From positions 5,113 to 69,112 of the forward strand of contig JAULYE010000010.1 of the NCBI GenBank assembly GCA_032118015.1: a stretch of 64,000 bases of DNA. The letters run 5' to 3'. The stretch is from Ilumatobacteraceae bacterium. Lineage in GTDB: Bacteria > Actinomycetota > Acidimicrobiia > Acidimicrobiales > Ilumatobacteraceae. Of this stretch, positions 61,201-64,000 are shown in pieces; position 1 is the first letter of the stretch, and the number at the start of each line of letters is the position of its first letter. Both the position numbers and the translations under genes were made by a program. The notes beneath the pieces were generated by a model, which worked only from the letters and a program-made list of their open reading frames with translations, was not told where the DNA came from and did not search any database.

Positions 61201-61907
61201 GTGCAGTTTCCGCTCAAACCGCCGACGTTCACCTTGGCTGAGGCTGTGAGTGTGCGCGATGCCTTCACCGTGAACGTGATGGTGTTGCCGGTCAAGTCGC
61301 CTTCGTTGACCGAGCTCCCCGATGCTTCGAGAGTAATGACCGGAGTAGGTGGCAATGTGGTGGTTGTCGTCGTCGTGGTGGGTGCGACAGTTGTGGTGGT
61401 AGTCGTCGTCGTGGTAGTCGTTGTTGTGGTGGTCGTTGTCGGTGGCGCAACGTCATCGTTGGTGATCGTGAACGTTGCTGATGACCCTGCGGTGTACGAG
61501 TCGTTGTTCTTTGCCGTCACTGCGATGGTGATGGTCTCATCGGACTCGACGACCGAGTCATCGCAGATGGTGAGGTTGAATGGACGAGAAGTGTGATTGT
61601 CGAAGGTCACCGATCCAGGTGTGATGTAGTCGACACCGGAGGTGCACGAAGAGCCTCCGGTTGCGCCGCTGACCGAAAGGGTGACGTCGGCTGTGATGGC
61701 GGCCGCAGCCGTCAAGGTGAATGTTCGGGTGCCCGCACTTGCTTCAGATGCAGAGTTTCCCGAAGGACTGACACTGACAGCCGGGTCTCCCGCTTTCGCA
61801 TCGACCGAGACGACATCGCCGACCCACAGAGTCGTGACAGCCATCGCCGCAATCACGCTCGATGCAATTGTTCGCTTCCGCCGAATACTCGCCACTGGAT
61901 GATTCAC
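58230..61907 (-). CDS. 1225-aa secreted multidomain surface protein (Calx-beta-like, poly-Thr linker, Ig/cadherin-like, MBG domains, RTX Ca2+-binding nonapeptides)
   Basis: Signal peptide (GTG) NHPVASIRRKRTIASSVIAAMAVTTLWV. Calx-beta-like: GVDYITPGSVTFDNHTSRPFNLTICDDSVVESDETITIAV. T15 run. MBG-like: YG...GTYANQIVCSG...YRPGTLTITP and GTYQITCSATG...FVAGTLTVTP. RTX: GGGDDIVSSGAGGDKVNGGDGADRIDSGDGDDEMDGGEGDDEL. Confidence 0.85.
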   Translation of the reverse strand: MNHPVASIRRKRTIASSVIAAMAVTTLWVGDVVSVDAKAGDPAVSVSPSGNSASEASAGTRTFTLTAAAAITADVTLSVSGATGGSSCTSGVDYITPGSVTFDNHTSRPFNLTICDDSVVESDETITIAVTAKNNDSYTAGSSATFTITNDDVAPPTTTTTTTTTTTTTTTTTVAPTTTTTTTTLPPTPVITLEASGSSVNEGDLTGNTITFTVKASRTLTASAKVNVGGLSGNCTGSAVAKLDNVSGGAVTIPNGQSQVTFTATTCENTTFAAADTSFTISISRPNNESGNYNLGTATSRTVDVLADDLEASDISGSVAIDGVFDIDIAKDLKVPTGATVSVTHNWSGADGAVQVNASNSRNLEFRPSESVTATKTVTFSYTVTDSRTGASVTKSVSITIDVAPTCSVPTISNLSFNVDFAGSATVEILPSTIDGKSLCEDGWSLRASGAKAGDATTSGRNLTYTHDGRGSGNTATTDTFTVELTVGSTKTTATVTANVAKDSRGVLQMRDFYDSEILWMQPSNSPKVCDPVVEAWNLLPGATYLLSVYSSWSGNDEVVLHDNVPVVADGLGQITWPVTETDRDRYYKATLTRATDAGAVSISSKVFERLCPPLVEISGRTTRTVELFKDPAEPGTTGAAPEYVEREFDVVLQNTSPRAAATVTLRVTGSGLLDKLDEGIEYRFNVDGQAPNSDLVDIIVPTEDGTGSGVVTRTLVVRTLHRSDLIPESIPFNIEVISDRSNNSPKTDQTLIITRRMRVVAEPVTRSYGTVSTAFPTQLVGEVENLSANMNGTLRCTGASRTTPIGTYANQIVCSGQTSVNYKRVEYRPGTLTITPVPVTIRADSYRRPQGSPNPFLDFTVTGVDPALISGVACSTVGADAAAGTYQITCSATGPTSTNYTITFVAGTLTVTPTVTSTTSSPTTAPTTSAPTTTEPGLAPSPTTTSTTTTLPGGGVLVEVASTPAEQQDGELEVIETTDNDDIVDVPEGGKEINTGGGDDIVSSGAGGDKVNGGDGADRIDSGDGDDEMDGGEGDDELVSFQGNNKISGGGGDDKIVSGTAAGGEISGGPGDDTFYKFVEREFSIGKNTVLTDIENLVVVLFDCAELPTYESLNTEQLLAALALESNIVPNISIECRENPLSTPGLDKDGNDVGLPLKLSDISTGPQGDEYYMRKSFDEMVNIAWARVEAQRPRFSNWVRQNGVDGVQTYCARTPFPCAPVTES

Positions 61908-62221
61908 ATTCCCACCTTTTAGCGGTGGAGAGAGCTCGCCCTCCCATTCGCTATGACAAACTCTTCCAGTGGATTGTACGGACGGTTCATCTTGCTATTT
62001 TCCTGACATAATCGTGATCGGCGTAACGTTTTAGTACTCAACAGGCAGTGTCGATGGTGGTCGTCAGTTCGACAACGACGCTTTGGATGTGTGGAATAAG
62101 GGAATAGTGCGGTTCCCGACCAGGCAATCGGAAGGAGAACCCTGAGCTCCTAACTGTGCAACATACATAATGATGGAAGAAATTTTCATGAAATGTACAT
62201 TCGGGCACCTTCATAGACCCC

Positions 62222-63469
62222 TCAGGCAGGGTCGATGCGCTTGAGACCACCGTCGAGCGACAGCGTGTACAACTCGCCATCGGGACCCTCAGCGAAGGAC
62301 GTCAGCACATTGCCCTTCTCGGTGATGGTCAGCCGTTGCAGTCCGTCATTGCCCATCGCATGAATCGGCCCGGTCATGTCACCAACGAGCAAGGCGCCAC
62401 GCAACTGTGGAATGTTCATTCCGTGATACACGTACCCGGCGATGATCGCGATCCAGCCTGGATGTTCGAACTGGTACAGCGGTTCGGTGAACGTCAGATC
62501 CCGCCCGCCCGGTGAACGGCGACCAAATCCTTCCATGAAGTACCAGCCGAAATTCTGGCCACTCGTGCCGGGAGGAATGCGATTCAATTCCTCCCAATTG
62601 TTCTCGCCGACATCGCCGATGTAGATCTCTCCGTTCGCACGGTTCAACGTGAAGCGATGCGGCTGACGCAAACCTTTGGCGAACAGCTCGGGCCGCTTGT
62701 CTGGATCGTTCACGAAGGGATTGTCCGCCGGCACCGTGTAGCCGTCGCTATCAGCGTTGGGAGTAATGCGCAGAATGCCGCCGAGCAGTGACTGATAATC
62801 CTGTGAGGTGCGACCGGCGTTGCCGCCACCATCGCCGAAGGACGCGTACAGCGTGCCGGCATCGTCGAACACCAGCATGCCTGCTTTGTGACTGAGACCG
62901 GGCTGTTCAGCGAACAGCACCTCACGTCGTGACGCTGGATCGGGCATGCCGTCGACGATCGCAAACGACACGATGTGGCTGTCGTTGTTCAAGTCGGTGA
63001 AGTTGAGGAACACGCGGCCGTCGATCGGGTTGACGGCGATGCCGAGCATGCCGCGCTCGGATCCGTAGACGAACGGCGACACTTCGGCCGTGAGGTCGAG
63101 CACCAGTTCCGATGTCGAGAAATCCTGCGGTGCGCGATACACGTGCCCGTCCTGGGTGATGAGGTAGAAGAACTGCGCCTTCTGACTCCAGGCCATGCCG
63201 AGGAGATGTTCGATCTGCAGCAGCGGCGTGAGAGTCAACTGCAGATCAGCGAGCTGCGCGATCGGCGGCAGGGGAATGTCCTCAGGGACGGGCAGCACTC
63301 CCGAGGGCTCGGTCGTTGTAGTCGTTGTCTCGGGTGCTGCCGTGGTCGACGGGGCGATGGTGGTCGTCGTGAGTGCGACCGTCGTGGTCGACTCGGTGGC
63401 TGCTCCTCCACCGCATGCGGGCAATGCAAGCAACGCTGCCATGATCAAAGCGAACGGTGATCGACGCAT
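62222..63469 (-). CDS. PQQ-dependent sugar (glucose/sorbosone) dehydrogenase-like beta-propeller lipoprotein
   Basis: MRRSPFALIMAALLALPACGGG lipobox. GMLGIAVNP, SFGDGGG, GLRQPHRFTLNRANGEIYIGDVGENNWEELN, QNFGWYFMEG. Confidence 0.8.
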   Translation of the reverse strand: MRRSPFALIMAALLALPACGGGAATESTTTVALTTTTIAPSTTAAPETTTTTTEPSGVLPVPEDIPLPPIAQLADLQLTLTPLLQIEHLLGMAWSQKAQFFYLITQDGHVYRAPQDFSTSELVLDLTAEVSPFVYGSERGMLGIAVNPIDGRVFLNFTDLNNDSHIVSFAIVDGMPDPASRREVLFAEQPGLSHKAGMLVFDDAGTLYASFGDGGGNAGRTSQDYQSLLGGILRITPNADSDGYTVPADNPFVNDPDKRPELFAKGLRQPHRFTLNRANGEIYIGDVGENNWEELNRIPPGTSGQNFGWYFMEGFGRRSPGGRDLTFTEPLYQFEHPGWIAIIAGYVYHGMNIPQLRGALLVGDMTGPIHAMGNDGLQRLTITEKGNVLTSFAEGPDGELYTLSLDGGLKRIDPA

Positions 63470-63571
63470 GTTCTGTGCCTCCAGGTGTTGTCGACACTGT
63501 ACTTCGGGCCCAAGATGACACCTCTAGGCTGAGCGCTGGAGTCGATGGGTGGGTCGACGAAAGGGGAGAAC

Positions 63572-64000
63572 GTGCAGATCGAGGATGCGTTGAGCAGAAT
63601 CCGCGACCGCTCAGCTCGTGTGGCCGTGGTCGGTCAGGGCTACGTCGGCCTGCCGGTGGCAATGCGCGCTGCACATGTGGGCTTTGATGTGCTCGGCTAC
63701 GACGCGTCGCCGGAACGTGTGAAATCCCTGCAAGCCGGTTCGAGTTATATCGGCGATGTCTCCGATACCGAACTGCAGGCGGCGCTCGATCGCGGATACA
63801 CCGCGACCTCTGATCCGACCGACCTTGTGGGATTCGATGTTGCGGTGATTTCAGTGCCGACACCGCTGCGTGACGGTCTTCCCGATCTTGGCTACATCGA
63901 AGCTGCTGGCCGTGACCTGGCGGCGCATCTGCGTCCAGGAGCGTGTGTGATTCTCGAATCCACCACCTATCCAGGCACGACGACAGAACTGCTCGGCCCA
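63572..64000 (+). CDS. Nucleotide-sugar dehydrogenase (UDP-glucose/GDP-mannose dehydrogenase family), N-terminal part; runs off the right edge
   Basis: aaaggggag SD, then GTG 63572. VQIEDALSRIRDRSARVAVVGQGYVGLPVAMRAAHVGFDVLGYD...VISVPTPL...ESTTYPGTT. Absent from the ORF track because there is no stop in the window. Confidence 0.8.
   Translation, partial: MQIEDALSRIRDRSARVAVVGQGYVGLPVAMRAAHVGFDVLGYDASPERVKSLQAGSSYIGDVSDTELQAALDRGYTATSDPTDLVGFDVAVISVPTPLRDGLPDLGYIEAAGRDLAAHLRPGACVILESTTYPGTTTELLGP

Overview
High-GC, actinobacterial-type chromosome segment. Supporting evidence is the bS22 micro-ORF, a DUF222/HNH '13E12-like' element, and mycobacterium-like synteny (metG-tatD-[rpfB slot]-rsmA-ispE ... 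tRNA-Gln-glmU).

The layout, left to right:
- 1-11.5 kb: housekeeping genes.
- 11.7-21 kb: a cell-surface gene cluster.
- 21.7-31.9 kb: a visibly more AT-rich accessory mosaic around tRNA-Arg(CCT).
- 32-49.5 kb: a long, translationally coupled catabolic operon. It encodes an ABC transporter, a GMC oxidoreductase, ADH, ALDH, an aldolase, two form-II CoxL-like molybdoenzymes and CoxG.
- 49.7-64 kb: envelope and glycan genes, an S8 protease, a 1225-aa Calx-beta/MBG/RTX surface protein, and a PQQ sugar dehydrogenase.

The most interesting signals:
1. Four unrelated signal-peptide proteins end exactly one residue after an LPDT motif (LLPDTR, LLPDTH, ALPDTL, LLPDTR). They are interleaved with four canonical E-LPxTG + TM + Arg-tail proteins. 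This may be an undescribed tail-less sortase-type C-terminal signal.
2. A cassette-like mosaic is delimited by four copies of a fasciclin-gene 3' end plus terminator hairpin. It carries an NTase pair, a GNAT-AAA+ fusion (one intact copy, one decaying) and a TetR-plus-surface-protein unit.
3. Short tandem repeats (6-24 bp units) are unusually dense at gene termini. One fuses rsmA to ispE in frame.

All domain calls come from motif recognition by eye. No HMM or BLAST searches were run, and start codons are best guesses.
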